A stretch of DNA of 64,000 bases from an uncultured Clostridium sp. (GCA_947575605.1 CANPNZ010000008.1:476-64475), one strand, 5' to 3'. Positions 9,597 to 20,173 are shown, counted from the first letter of the stretch. Translations and numbers: made by a program. The notes: generated by a model not told the origin, from the letters alone.

Positions 9597-11507
9597 ATGG
9601 CAAAAAAAGAAGTAAATACAGATTTATGGGTGAATGAATTATTAAAAGAGGCAACTATACAATTAACCCCACAAGGTTGTGAGATAAAAGAAATAGAGGA
9701 AGCATTAAAAACAGCATCCAAAAATGGAAAAGGAAATGTAGGATTTCCAGAATATTGTGGTGTAGTAAAAGATTTTGTAATTGTAATCGAAGATAAGGCA
9801 ACCATTGATAAACAAGAGAAATTGAATGAAAAAGGAATATTGGAGTTGGATCCAAAGGCAGTAAAAGAATATGCTTTAAATGGAGCCTATTTTTATGCAA
9901 AACATATTTTAGAAAAAACAAACTATAAAAAAGCAATTGCTTTTGGTATTAGTGGAGATGAGAAGAGACATATCATACAACCCATTTATTTAGATGGCAG
10001 AGAATATTTTATGAGATTACCACAAGTAGAAAGTTTTATATCATTTAATGTAGAAAATATAGACGAATATTATACTAGAGAGATATTAAAAGATTTTACC
10101 GAAGATGAAAAAACAACGAAAGAAATATTAAAAGATGCAGAAGAGTTACACGAATATTTAAGAAATTATGGGAATTTAAGAGATCAAGAAAAGCCATTAG
10201 TAGTAAGTGGAATATTATTAGCATTAAGAGAAATGGAGTATGGTAATTTTTCAATTGATTTGTTAACAGGAGACAATACAAAAACCGATGGAAAGAAGAT
10301 AATGGATGCCATTGATGATAACTTGAGAAGAGCTAGAGTATCACCAGAAACTAAAAAAGACAAACTGGTAAATCAATTCAAAATTATTGAAGATACGCCA
10401 AAATTAAATGAAACCGATCCAATTCTAGGAAAGACGCCATTAAAATATTATACAGAGTTTTTGTACAATAGATTATATAAGTCAATAAGATATAATCGTA
10501 CATCAGAAGATTATTTAGGTAGATTTTATGGTGAATTTATGAGTTATTCTGGTGGTGATGGACAGACATTAGGAATTGTATTAACTCCTAAACACATATG
10601 TGATTTATTTTCAGATTTAGCAGATTTGGAAACAGATGACTTGGTATTCGATCCTTGCTGTGGAACTGGTGGTTTTCTAATAGCAGCTATGCACAAAATG
10701 TTAAAAAAGGCTAAAACGGAAAGCGAAAGAAAAAATATTCGTACCAATCAATTGCACGGAATAGAGCTACAACCTTATATGTTTACGATAGCAACAACGA
10801 ATATGATATTAAGAGGAGATGGAAAAAGTAATCTAACATGTGATGATTTTTTAAAGAAAAATCCAAATGAATTACAATTAAAAGGAGCAACCGTAGGAAT
10901 GATCAATCCGCCTTATTCACAAGGGAAAAAATCTCCTGAATTATGTGAGTTGAATTTTATTGAACAATTATTGGATTCTTTAGCAGAAGGTGCAAGATGT
11001 ATTGTTATTGTGCCACAAAGTAGTATGACAGGCAAAAATAATTATGAAAAAAACATCAAAAAGAATATTTATAAAAATCATACTTTAGAAGGGGTCATAA
11101 CATTAAATACCAATACCTTTTATGGTGTTGGAACCAATCCGTGTATAGCAGTTTTTACAGCACATGAACCACATCCAAGTGAAAAAGTATGTAAATTTAT
11201 AAATTTTGAAGATGATGGGTATGTAGTACAAAAACATGTTGGTCTAGTAGAAACTGAATCAGCAAAAGACAAAAAACAACATTTGCTAGATGTATGGAAA
11301 GATAAGATAAAGGCAACCACAAAATTCTGTGTGGAAACAACGGTTGAACCAGATGATGAATGGTTACATTCTTTTTACTATTTTAACGATGAGATACCAA
11401 GTGAAGAGGAATTTGAAAAGACAATAGCAGATTATTTGACGTTTGAGTTTAATATGATTGTACATGGAAAAGGACAATTGTTTAGAAAGGACAATAACAA
11501 TGAGTGA
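9597..11507 (+). CDS. Type IIB (BcgI-like) restriction-modification fused endonuclease/N6-adenine methyltransferase subunit
   Basis: N-terminal PE...IEDK nuclease-like motif, DPCCGTGGFL (motif I), NPPY (motif IV); 636 aa followed by an S subunit. Confidence 0.8.
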   Translation: MAKKEVNTDLWVNELLKEATIQLTPQGCEIKEIEEALKTASKNGKGNVGFPEYCGVVKDFVIVIEDKATIDKQEKLNEKGILELDPKAVKEYALNGAYFYAKHILEKTNYKKAIAFGISGDEKRHIIQPIYLDGREYFMRLPQVESFISFNVENIDEYYTREILKDFTEDEKTTKEILKDAEELHEYLRNYGNLRDQEKPLVVSGILLALREMEYGNFSIDLLTGDNTKTDGKKIMDAIDDNLRRARVSPETKKDKLVNQFKIIEDTPKLNETDPILGKTPLKYYTEFLYNRLYKSIRYNRTSEDYLGRFYGEFMSYSGGDGQTLGIVLTPKHICDLFSDLADLETDDLVFDPCCGTGGFLIAAMHKMLKKAKTESERKNIRTNQLHGIELQPYMFTIATTNMILRGDGKSNLTCDDFLKKNPNELQLKGATVGMINPPYSQGKKSPELCELNFIEQLLDSLAEGARCIVIVPQSSMTGKNNYEKNIKKNIYKNHTLEGVITLNTNTFYGVGTNPCIAVFTAHEPHPSEKVCKFINFEDDGYVVQKHVGLVETESAKDKKQHLLDVWKDKIKATTKFCVETTVEPDDEWLHSFYYFNDEIPSEEEFEKTIADYLTFEFNMIVHGKGQLFRKDNNNE

Positions 11508-12555
11508 AATAGAAATGGTCGAATGGCAAAATTTTGAAATACAGAGTATATTTGATGTTATAAGAGGAAATGCAAAAGATGTTACAAAAAGAGAAATGAC
11601 AGGAGAAGTTGCATTAGTAACAGCAACCGATAAAAATAATGCTTTTTATGATTTTGTTACACCAAAAAGTAATGAAACTATATATAAGAATACAATAACG
11701 ATTCATAACAATGGAAATGGTGTGGGACTGGCTTTTTATCACGAGTATAAATTTATAGCTACATCAGATGTAACCATCTTGATTGATAAAACCAATAGAA
11801 TTAATAAAGAAATGGCGGAGTTTATTATTTCCATGCTACAACAACAGAAAGAGAAATACTGCTATGGTTATAAATTATCCAATCAGAGACTAAAAAAGCA
11901 AAAAATTTTATTACCTATAAAAAAAGATGGAACGATTCATTATCAGTTTATGAATAAGTATATAAAAACAATAAGAGAAAACATACTACGAAAATATGAA
12001 GAAAATATACAAAGGGAAAAGGAATATTTGAAAAAATTAAGAATTAATAATTCCAAAGAGATTAAATGGAAAGAATTTATGATAGAAGATTTATTTGAAG
12101 TTAAAATTGGTAAATGCATTGATGGTAATAAAGTCGATAAATCAAAAGGAAATTATGCTTATATTACTAGAAAAAAAATAGATAATGGATTAGATGGATT
12201 TATTGATTATGATGATGAATTTCTAAATAAGCAATATCCAGTAATTACAATAGGAAATGAAACAGCAAAGCCGTATGTTCAAGTATTTCCTTTTTATACA
12301 GGAACAAAAGTTAATATATTAAAGCCAAAGCAATGTATGAATAAATATGTATTATTTTTTATATGTCAATCTTTAAAGATGAACAAAGAAAAGTATTCTT
12401 ATTCATTTACAATAAATTCTACAAGATTAAAAAAACAAAACATATTATTACCAGTTAATAAAAATAACGAAATTGATTATGCCTATATGGAAAACTATAT
12501 AAAAGAAATTACATTGAATAAATTAAATGATTATATAAAATACAGAAAGGAATAA
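11500..12555 (+). CDS. R-M specificity (S) subunit with two TRDs
   Basis: Two repeats W.EF.I..(I/L)F.V ... RLKKQ.ILLP...I.Y.(F/Y)M..YIK; start overlaps MTase stop. Confidence 0.85.
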   Translation: MSEIEMVEWQNFEIQSIFDVIRGNAKDVTKREMTGEVALVTATDKNNAFYDFVTPKSNETIYKNTITIHNNGNGVGLAFYHEYKFIATSDVTILIDKTNRINKEMAEFIISMLQQQKEKYCYGYKLSNQRLKKQKILLPIKKDGTIHYQFMNKYIKTIRENILRKYEENIQREKEYLKKLRINNSKEIKWKEFMIEDLFEVKIGKCIDGNKVDKSKGNYAYITRKKIDNGLDGFIDYDDEFLNKQYPVITIGNETAKPYVQVFPFYTGTKVNILKPKQCMNKYVLFFICQSLKMNKEKYSYSFTINSTRLKKQNILLPVNKNNEIDYAYMENYIKEITLNKLNDYIKYRKE

Positions 12556-12561
12556 TCTAGT

Positions 12562-13026
12562 ATGAAATACATAAAATATAGTAAAACTAAAATAGGAAAC
12601 ATAGCTATCTTAGAAGAAAACAAGCAAATCATTGCAATCGGAATTGATCAAAAGGTACAAAACAACGTAGTACAAAAAGATACGCCACTTTTAAAAGAAG
12701 CCCAAAAGCAATTAGAAGAATACTTGGCAGGAGAAAGAAAAACATTTGAATTACCATTAAATCCGAAAGGCACAAAATTTATGAAAGAAGTTTGGACAGC
12801 CTTACAAGAAATACCATATGGAGAAACCAAAACTTATGGAGAAATTGCTAAAAAAGTGGGAAATCCAAAAGCAGCAAGAGCAGTAGGAATGGCAAATCAT
12901 CGAAACCCAATACCAATTATTATTCCTTGTCATAGAGTAATTGGAAGTAATGGTAAATTAGTAGGATATGCTTTAGGAATGGATAAAAAACAATATTTAT
13001 TAGAGTGGGAGAAACAAAATGTATGA
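12562..13026 (+). CDS. ogt: Methylated-DNA--protein-cysteine methyltransferase
   Basis: IPYGET.TY, RAVG.A, IIIPCHRVI active site. Confidence 0.95.
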   Translation: MKYIKYSKTKIGNIAILEENKQIIAIGIDQKVQNNVVQKDTPLLKEAQKQLEEYLAGERKTFELPLNPKGTKFMKEVWTALQEIPYGETKTYGEIAKKVGNPKAARAVGMANHRNPIPIIIPCHRVIGSNGKLVGYALGMDKKQYLLEWEKQNV

Positions 13027-13895
13027 TGTTATTATAGTGGGAGCAGGACCAGCGGGAATTTCAGCTAGTTTATATACACGGTAGAGCGAATTTGAAAACA
13101 GTCATTTTATACCAAACAGAAGGAGCCTTAGAAAAAACAAATAAAATTGAGAATTATTATGGTTTTGAAAAAGGAATTACAGGAAAAGAATTATATGAAG
13201 CAGGAATCAAACAAGCTAAAAACATAGGAATTGAAGTAAAAAAAGAAGAAGTTACCAGTATACAAATGATAGAAAAAGGATTTAGAATACAAACAGAAAA
13301 AAGTGAGTATACAGCCATAAGTATTATCTTAGCAACAGGAAACAAAAAGAATAAACCGAAGATAAAGAATATAGAGGAATTAGAAGGAAAAGGCGTTAGT
13401 TATTGTGCAGTGTGTGATGGATTTTTCTATAAAAATAAAGAGATAGCTGTGATTGGAAGCGGTAATTATGCTCTTTCAGAAGTCAATGAATTAATCAATT
13501 TAGCAAGTAATATAACGATTTTAACGAATGGGGAGAGGGTTCCAGAATTTCGTTCAGACAATAACCATGTCAAGATAAGTTCGAAAGAAATAGAAGCGAT
13601 CAAAGGAAATAACAAAGTAGAAGAGATTGCATTTAAAGATGGAACAACCCTAAAAGCAGAAGGAATTTTTGTAGCACAAGGAGTAGCAGGAAGTGTAGAG
13701 TTTGCCAAAAAATTAGGTATTGCCACAGAAAAGGACAAAATCATAGTCAATGAGAATATGGAAACCAATCTACCTGGAATTTATGCCTGTGGTGATTGCA
13801 CAGGTGGGCTATTGCAAATTTCAAAAGCAGTATATGAAGGAAGTAAAGCGGGAATGGAAGCAATAAAATACATAAGAAAAATGAAAAATGGGTAA
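13019..13895 (+). CDS. trxB: Thioredoxin reductase-like FAD oxidoreductase; +1 shift at CGG 13079-13081
   Basis: MYDVIIVGAGPAGISASLYT in one frame joined to GRANLKT... CAVCDG, GSGN.A, GIYACGD in the +1 frame; upstream of trxA. Confidence 0.9.
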
Positions 13896-13928
13896 AATAA
13901 AAAAAGAATTTTATAAGGAGGAGAAAAA

Positions 13929-14240
13929 ATGAGTGTATTAAAAATAAGTAGTGAAAATTATGAAAAAGAGGTATTACAATCCGATAAACCAGTAATAATT
14001 GACTTTTATGCGGATTGGTGTGGACCATGTAGAGCAATGTCACCAATTATAGATGAAATTGCCGAAGAAAAGGCAGATACCATCAAAGTAGGAAAAGTGA
14101 ATGTAGATGAAAATCAAGACTTAGCAATGGAATATGGTGTTATGAGCATACCTACCATCGTTATTTTGAAAAATGGAAAAGTAGAAAATACTTTTGTGGG
14201 AGTTAGAAACAAAAGTGAAATACTAAATGCTATTTCTTGA
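13929..14240 (+). CDS. trxA: Thioredoxin
   Basis: DFYADWCGPC. Confidence 0.97.
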   Translation: MSVLKISSENYEKEVLQSDKPVIIDFYADWCGPCRAMSPIIDEIAEEKADTIKVGKVNVDENQDLAMEYGVMSIPTIVILKNGKVENTFVGVRNKSEILNAIS

Positions 14241-14243
14241 TTT

Positions 14244-15126
14244 TCAATCCAAGAGATTAGAAATGTCGCTAGGCAGGTCGATTTCAAAAATTAGATTTTT
14301 CTTAAGAATAGGATGAACACATGAAATTTTGTAACTATGTAAGGCTTGTCTTGCAATATAGGAAGAAGCTTTACCATATAGAGTATCACCGTAATAGAGG
14401 ATGACCAATAGATGCCATATGGACACGAATTTGGTGGGTTCTACCTGTTTCTAATTGACAAGTTACCAGACTAAAATTTTTAAATTCTTTTATTACTTTG
14501 TAGTGTGTAATAGAAGGGTGTCCATGCTTCTTATCTACACATCTTTCAATAATGCTACCATTTTTTCTGCCAATCGGTAAATCGATGGTAGCATTTTTTT
14601 GTTCCAAGAATCCTTCTACTAAGCAAACATATTCTTTTTGAAACGTGTGATTTGCCATTTGTTGAATGAAAGATTCTTGTATGTATTCGCATTTGGCAAA
14701 AATAACTAGACCAGAAGTTCCCAAATCTAAACGATTAACAGGACGAATCTTTTTGGGTAATTCAATGGTATCAAAATAATATCTTATGCCATTGGATAAA
14801 GAGTCTGTATGGTGTAATCGGGAAGGATGAATGGGAATGCCAGCTGGTTTGTTCACGACTAAAAACCATTCATCTTCATAAAGAATGGCTAAATTCATTG
14901 GCGTTGGAATGATATTAGAATTATCTTCTGAAATGTCAAAATCGATTTGTAGGAGATCTCCTTTATTAGCAGTATTTCTAGTATCACATATTTCTTGATT
15001 GATATAGATTTTTTGGTGTTTTATGAGTTTGGTTAAAAGTCTAGTAGATAGGTTTAATTCATTTGTTAATAGGCTATGAATACTTTTTTGGCTATCTTCT
15101 TTTTTTATTTTATATTCTAGTTTCAT
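14244..15126 (-). CDS. RluA family pseudouridine synthase; +1 shift at CGG 14389-14391
   Basis: NKPAG, NRLD..TSG, TGRTHQIRVH; HPLL joined to GDTLYG...RQALH in the +1 frame. Confidence 0.92.
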
Positions 15127-15278
15127 AAATTACTCCTTTGTTGAAATGTATTATATAATGTTTGAAGGGATAAATCAAATTTTTATTTAAGATATTAGTT
15201 GAAGCGCATCTGCTTTTATGTTATAATCAGCACAACCAAATATAGATTGAACGATTTTGATAGGAGTTGAAGTTATGT

Positions 15279-15374
15279 GCACCTTTAATTACAATGTTAG
15301 ACAAAAAACTGACTAGTTATGAAATGAAGATTACTTGCAAATCATGCGAAAGCATTTATAAAAAGATGAAATAG
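15279..15374 (+). pseudogene. 3' remnant paralogous to C-terminus of 16217..16573 gene
   Basis: PLITMLDKKLTSYEMKITCKSCESIYKKMK* vs PLITILDKKVSSYEMKITCKSCEKIYKKAK*. Confidence 0.8.
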
Positions 15375-15410
15375 GAAATATAAATTAGTAATTTATGGAG
15401 ATAAATAAAG

Positions 15411-16088
15411 ATGAAAAAGTTTACGGAAAAAACAATAATTATTTTTATTATAGTAAGTATAGCATTAGTAGGAGTAGGATTTATAGGTGGATTTTACACA
15501 AAAATATTAATGGATGAAGCTCAACTAATAAAGGAAAAGGAGAAACAAACGAGTCTAACAGTATTAATGTCGGATAGTGAAATAAATCAACTAAAAGAAA
15601 AGATTGAAAAAGATGAGGTAGACTATGGAGATAATTATCAAGAATTTAATACATATCCTTATGTACATAAAAAAGAGCCAGATAGAATTTATTTTAAATC
15701 CTCAAAAATAGGTGCTTTTTATGTATTTGAGAAAGAAGATGAAAATTATAAACATTTATTGGAAGTGGTAGAAGATAGAATGCATTATTCAGTAATAGAT
15801 GATTATAATCTAAATTGTTTTACACCAGACTCAATTAATACAATGATGACTTCAGGAGAAAATTACATTATTTTTGATTATGATAATGGAACTTTATCAG
15901 AATTTGACGAAAATTACAACAAAGACATTATTTTTAAATTTTTAGAAAATACAAGATTATATAGATTAGTTACTTATTTGTCATACTACAGAGAACCTAT
16001 TTTAAAAAGTGAATTACCAAAAAAAGAATTTGCTAATAATACCAGTATAAGTGGTTACAAATATATGACATATGTAGATGGAAACTAA
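15411..16088 (+). CDS. Hypothetical membrane-anchored protein
   Basis: 225-aa ORF, GGAG RBS, N-terminal TM helix. Confidence 0.7.
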   Translation: MKKFTEKTIIIFIIVSIALVGVGFIGGFYTKILMDEAQLIKEKEKQTSLTVLMSDSEINQLKEKIEKDEVDYGDNYQEFNTYPYVHKKEPDRIYFKSSKIGAFYVFEKEDENYKHLLEVVEDRMHYSVIDDYNLNCFTPDSINTMMTSGENYIIFDYDNGTLSEFDENYNKDIIFKFLENTRLYRLVTYLSYYREPILKSELPKKEFANNTSISGYKYMTYVDGN

Positions 16089-16216
16089 AGCTTAACTATA
16101 AAATAAATCGTAATAACAACTTACATATATTCAGAACAAGTCAATATTTATATATGGAATGAGTCTTTGAATTATTAGGTGTACGACAACTTACAATTTT
16201 AAAAGGAGATAAATTT

Positions 16217-16573
16217 ATGGCAAGAGTATTAAAAAACAAAGAATTGGAAAATACAAGACTAGCAACTAATTATGGTGGATGGATGTATTGTGATAAGTGT
16301 AATGAAAATATAGGATATTTATGCTATTCTACTTATGATAGACTAGAATTAAAATATCAATGCAATTGTGGTAGTAATGGTAGTGCAGTATTAGATTTTG
16401 AAGATAGTAAGATAGGCAAAAATTGTAATGATGAATTAGTAGTTATAAAGAATAGACTATGTTGTCCTAAAGATAATGAGCCTTTAATTACTATACTAGA
16501 TAAAAAAGTTTCTAGTTATGAAATGAAAATTACTTGTAAATCTTGTGAAAAAATTTATAAAAAAGCAAAATAA
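16217..16573 (+). CDS. Hypothetical Cys-rich (zinc-binding) protein
   Basis: CDKC, CNCG, CPKD, CKSC; AAGGAG RBS. Confidence 0.75.
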   Translation: MARVLKNKELENTRLATNYGGWMYCDKCNENIGYLCYSTYDRLELKYQCNCGSNGSAVLDFEDSKIGKNCNDELVVIKNRLCCPKDNEPLITILDKKVSSYEMKITCKSCEKIYKKAK

Positions 16574-16610
16574 AAATTACAAGTTAGTAAAATGATTGGA
16601 GGAATAAAAA

Positions 16611-16943
16611 ATGGAAAATAAAATATGTCAAAGTTGTGGTATGCCTATAACATCTAAGGAACAGTTAGGTAGAAATAAAAATGGCAGTATTAATGTAGAT
16701 TATTGTAAATACTGCTATGAAAATGGGGAGTTTATAGACAAAGTTACAATGGAAGAGTATATAAAAATGTGTTCAGAGTATGGATTACAAGCAGGAATGA
16801 CTAATGAAGAAATGAAAGAACATTGTACGAAATTGTTTCCTACTTTAAAAAGATGGAAATGTACTTGTACTGACGAATGTGCTAGTGGGTATAATCCTAA
16901 TTGTACTTGTGAAAATCTGCAATGTCATTGTAGAGAAAAATAG
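16611..16943 (+). CDS. Zinc-ribbon protein (Zn_ribbon_2 family) with Cys-rich tail
   Basis: CQSCGMP, YCKYCY..GEF, PTLKRW. Confidence 0.85.
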   Translation: MENKICQSCGMPITSKEQLGRNKNGSINVDYCKYCYENGEFIDKVTMEEYIKMCSEYGLQAGMTNEEMKEHCTKLFPTLKRWKCTCTDECASGYNPNCTCENLQCHCREK

Positions 16944-16967
16944 TCAAGTTTAAAAGGAGTTAGAATT

Positions 16968-17132
16968 ATGAGAAATGCAGAAAAAACTATTAGAAATATA
17001 ATAGATAAGCAAAGTATTTGTTATATCAGTTCTATTGATAAAGATGGATTCCCAAATACCAAAGCAATGCTAAGACCTAGAAAAAGAAACGGAATAAAGG
17101 AAATTTATTTTTCAACCAATTTTATGTTATGA
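16968..17132 (+). pseudogene. Truncated pyridoxamine 5'-phosphate oxidase family (general stress) protein
   Basis: AAGGAG RBS; MRNAEKTI...SSIDKDGFPNTKAML.PRKR.GIK.IYFSTN then stop after 54 aa. Confidence 0.7.
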
Positions 17133-17157
17133 TAATAACTAGAACAAGGAGGAACTT

Positions 17158-17769
17158 ATGAGAATAGGAATAGATATTGATGGCGTTATAACCAATATAG
17201 AACAATTTGTTATAAATTATATGAGCAAATATTGTGTAGAAAACAATATAGAATATAAAATCGATACGACCCATTATGATTATTGTAAAACATTTAATAT
17301 TAGTAAAGAGATAGAATTAGATTTTTGGAAAAGTTATTTAGAAAAATACGCTATCTATGAAAAAGCAAGACCATTTGCGGCAGAAATGATAGAAAAATTA
17401 AAAAAAGATGGAAATGAAATATATATCATAACTGCCAGATGGTATACCGATAGAAATGATGATATAGGAAATAAAATGAGAGAAACCGTTAAAAATTGGT
17501 TATATGAAAATAAAATATCTTATGATAAATTAATTTTTTCAAAAGGACATAATGAAAGAAAAATGCAAGAAATTGAGGAAAACAAAATAGATTTAATGAT
17601 TGAGGATAATCCCAACAATATTAATGAAATAGCCAATAACATTCCAGTCATTTGTTATGATGCAGGATATAATAAAGATTGTAATGGTAATCAAATCATT
17701 AGATGTTATAGTTGGTATGATATATATAGTAAAATAAACAACTTAAAAAAGAAAGGAAATGAAATTTAA
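17158..17769 (+). CDS. 5'(3')-nucleotidase NT5C-like HAD protein
   Basis: IGIDIDGV, IITAR, IDLMIEDNP, RCYSW. Confidence 0.8.
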   Translation: MRIGIDIDGVITNIEQFVINYMSKYCVENNIEYKIDTTHYDYCKTFNISKEIELDFWKSYLEKYAIYEKARPFAAEMIEKLKKDGNEIYIITARWYTDRNDDIGNKMRETVKNWLYENKISYDKLIFSKGHNERKMQEIEENKIDLMIEDNPNNINEIANNIPVICYDAGYNKDCNGNQIIRCYSWYDIYSKINNLKKKGNEI

Positions 17770-17771
17770 AA

Positions 17772-18443
17772 ATGCGAATTCGATATAAAAAATGGGCAAG
17801 ACCAGAATTAGAAGCAAGTAAATTTTATAGAGAAGAACCAGAAAAAATCAAAGGTAAATGGAAAAAGCAATTTGAAAAAGAACAACAACCATTGCACTTA
17901 GAATTAGGATGTGGAAAAGGGCAATTTATGGCAAAATTAGCAGTAGAAAATCAAAATATTAATTATATTGCTATTGATTTAGTAGATGCCATGTTAGGAT
18001 TAGCCAAAAGAAATATAGAACAAACGTATCAAGAAGCTAATCTTGAGCCAAAAAATATTTTGATAACTAGATTTGACATTGAAAGAATCCTTTTAATTTT
18101 AGACCAACAAGACGAAGTAGAAAGAATTTACATCAATTTTTGTAATCCTTGGCCAAGAGGGAAACATAGAAAGAAAAGATTAACACATTCGATTCAACTA
18201 GAAAAATATAAAAAATTTTTAAAACCAGAGGGAGAAATTTATTTTAAGACAGATGATGACGAATTATTTGAAGCAAGTTTGGGCTATCTACAAGAAAGTG
18301 GTTTTAAAATTTTAAATAAAACCTATGATTTACAACAAGATCCAATTTTCGAGAAGAATATTGAGACAGAACATGAGAAAATGTTTTCTGAACAAGGAAT
18401 AAAAATAAAAGCATGTATGGCAAGATTAGAAAGAGGGAGATAA
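17772..18443 (+). CDS. trmB: tRNA (guanine-N7)-methyltransferase
   Basis: LELGCGKGQF, NFCNPWP, FKTD, TEHE. Confidence 0.95.
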   Translation: MRIRYKKWARPELEASKFYREEPEKIKGKWKKQFEKEQQPLHLELGCGKGQFMAKLAVENQNINYIAIDLVDAMLGLAKRNIEQTYQEANLEPKNILITRFDIERILLILDQQDEVERIYINFCNPWPRGKHRKKRLTHSIQLEKYKKFLKPEGEIYFKTDDDELFEASLGYLQESGFKILNKTYDLQQDPIFEKNIETEHEKMFSEQGIKIKACMARLERGR

Positions 18444-18444
18444 A

Positions 18445-18960
18445 GTGGACATACAAGAGGTCATTCAACATAAGGATGATAAAGCATATATATTAGAAGC
18501 GGTTAAGGAAAATGGGAAATTTTTAGATGTTGTATCAGAACGCTTAAAAGATGATAAAGAAGTTGTAAAGGTAGCTTTAGAACAAGATAGCGAAGCTTTA
18601 GAATTTGTAAGTGAACGTTTAAAAGATGATAAGGAAATAGTAGCAATGGGATTACGAGGTGCTGCTTGGACAATTTGTTATGCTTCCGAAAAATTAAGAG
18701 CAGATAAGGAATTGGTATTAGAAAGTTGTAAACATTATGGACAAGCTCTATATTATGTATCACAAGAGTTAAGAGATGATGAAGAAGTGGTTAAAGCAGC
18801 GGTTGAAAATAAGGGAGGCATTATTAAATATGCAAGTGATCGTTTAAGAGATAATAAGGAAATAGCAGAAATTGCCATAAAGCAAGACAAACAAGCCTAT
18901 CATTTCTTGTCTTGGCGATTAAGGCAAGACGAAGAGATAAAGAAAATGATGGAGTCATAA
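18445..18960 (+). CDS. DUF4116 repeat protein
   Basis: Repeated (V/A)SERLKDDKE(V/I)V..A units. Confidence 0.85.
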   Translation: MDIQEVIQHKDDKAYILEAVKENGKFLDVVSERLKDDKEVVKVALEQDSEALEFVSERLKDDKEIVAMGLRGAAWTICYASEKLRADKELVLESCKHYGQALYYVSQELRDDEEVVKAAVENKGGIIKYASDRLRDNKEIAEIAIKQDKQAYHFLSWRLRQDEEIKKMMES

Positions 18961-19091
18961 AAAATCCAGTTTCGTTTTTTGTAAGTGCAAGTTGTAATAT
19001 ATAATTTTTTTACACTTATTAAAAAATACTTGTACTTTTTGATAATTCCATATATAATATAATTGCGAGAAATGATGAAGGAGAAATAAAA

Positions 19092-20099
19092 ATGTCATTT
19101 ATAGAAGAAGTGAAGCAAAGGGCAAAAAAAGAAATTAAAACCATTGTTCTTCCAGAAGCAGAAGACATTAGAATTTTGGAAGCAACCCAGCAAGTATTAA
19201 AAGAAAAATATGCAAATATCGTATTAGTAGGAAATCAAGAACAGATAGAAAAAAAGGCAAAAGAAAATAAAATAGATATTAAAGAGGCTAAAATCGTTGA
19301 CCCAGAAACTTCAGAAAACTATGAAACCTATGTTAATTTGTTATATGAATTAAGAAAACATAAAGGAATGACGGAGGAAAAAGCAAGAGAATTGGTAAAA
19401 GATCCCGTTTATTATGGGATGCTTATGGTGAAAGATGATACAACAAAAGCAGATGGACTTGTTTCAGGCGCGATTCATTCAACATCTGATACCTTAAGAC
19501 CAGCTTTACAAATATTAAAGACCGCAGAAGGAACCAAATTGGTTTCCGCTTTCTTTGTTATGGTAGTGCCAGATTGTGAGTATGGAGAAGAAGGAACTTT
19601 TATTTTTGCAGATAGTGGTTTGAATGAAAATCCAGATGCAGAAAGTTTATCTGAAATAGCTATTTCTTCTAGTGAAAGTTTTAAACAATTGGTAGAAAAA
19701 GAGCCAAGAGTTGCTATGCTTTCGTATTCAACTTATGGTAGTGCTAAGTCTGAATTAACACAAAAGGTGATTGATGCTACTAATTTGGTAAAGGAGAAAA
19801 ATAATAAGCTTTTAGTGGATGGAGAGTTACAATTGGATGCTGCGATTGTACCAGAAGTGGCAGAATTGAAAGCTCCGAATAGTCCCTTAAAAGGAATGGC
19901 AAATGTTCTGATTTTTCCGAATTTGGATACGGGCAATATTGGTTATAAGTTGGTTCAAAGATTGGCAAAGGCAGAGGCTTATGGCCCTCTTTGTCAAGGG
20001 ATTGCAAAACCGGTGAATGATTTGTCTAGGGGGTGTAGTAGTAAAGATGTGGCAGGGGTTGTGGCGATTACGGCCGTCCAAGCCCAAAAAATCAAATGA
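19092..20099 (+). CDS. pta: Phosphate acetyltransferase
   Basis: IVLPEAED, VAMLSYST.GS, DGELQLDAA, GNIGYK, NDLSRGC. Confidence 0.97.
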   Translation: MSFIEEVKQRAKKEIKTIVLPEAEDIRILEATQQVLKEKYANIVLVGNQEQIEKKAKENKIDIKEAKIVDPETSENYETYVNLLYELRKHKGMTEEKARELVKDPVYYGMLMVKDDTTKADGLVSGAIHSTSDTLRPALQILKTAEGTKLVSAFFVMVVPDCEYGEEGTFIFADSGLNENPDAESLSEIAISSSESFKQLVEKEPRVAMLSYSTYGSAKSELTQKVIDATNLVKEKNNKLLVDGELQLDAAIVPEVAELKAPNSPLKGMANVLIFPNLDTGNIGYKLVQRLAKAEAYGPLCQGIAKPVNDLSRGCSSKDVAGVVAITAVQAQKIK

Positions 20100-20173
20100 A
20101 AAGCTTCGTCTTACTGCGTTATTAAAATTCGAAAAATGCTCAACGTACATAATTAAAATAAAGGAGAAGAAGA

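Noticed and set aside
20100-20160. Possible repeat remnant between pta and ackA (similar ACGTAC-containing stretch at about 42790-42830)
   Set aside because: Similarity is too short and degenerate to support a call.
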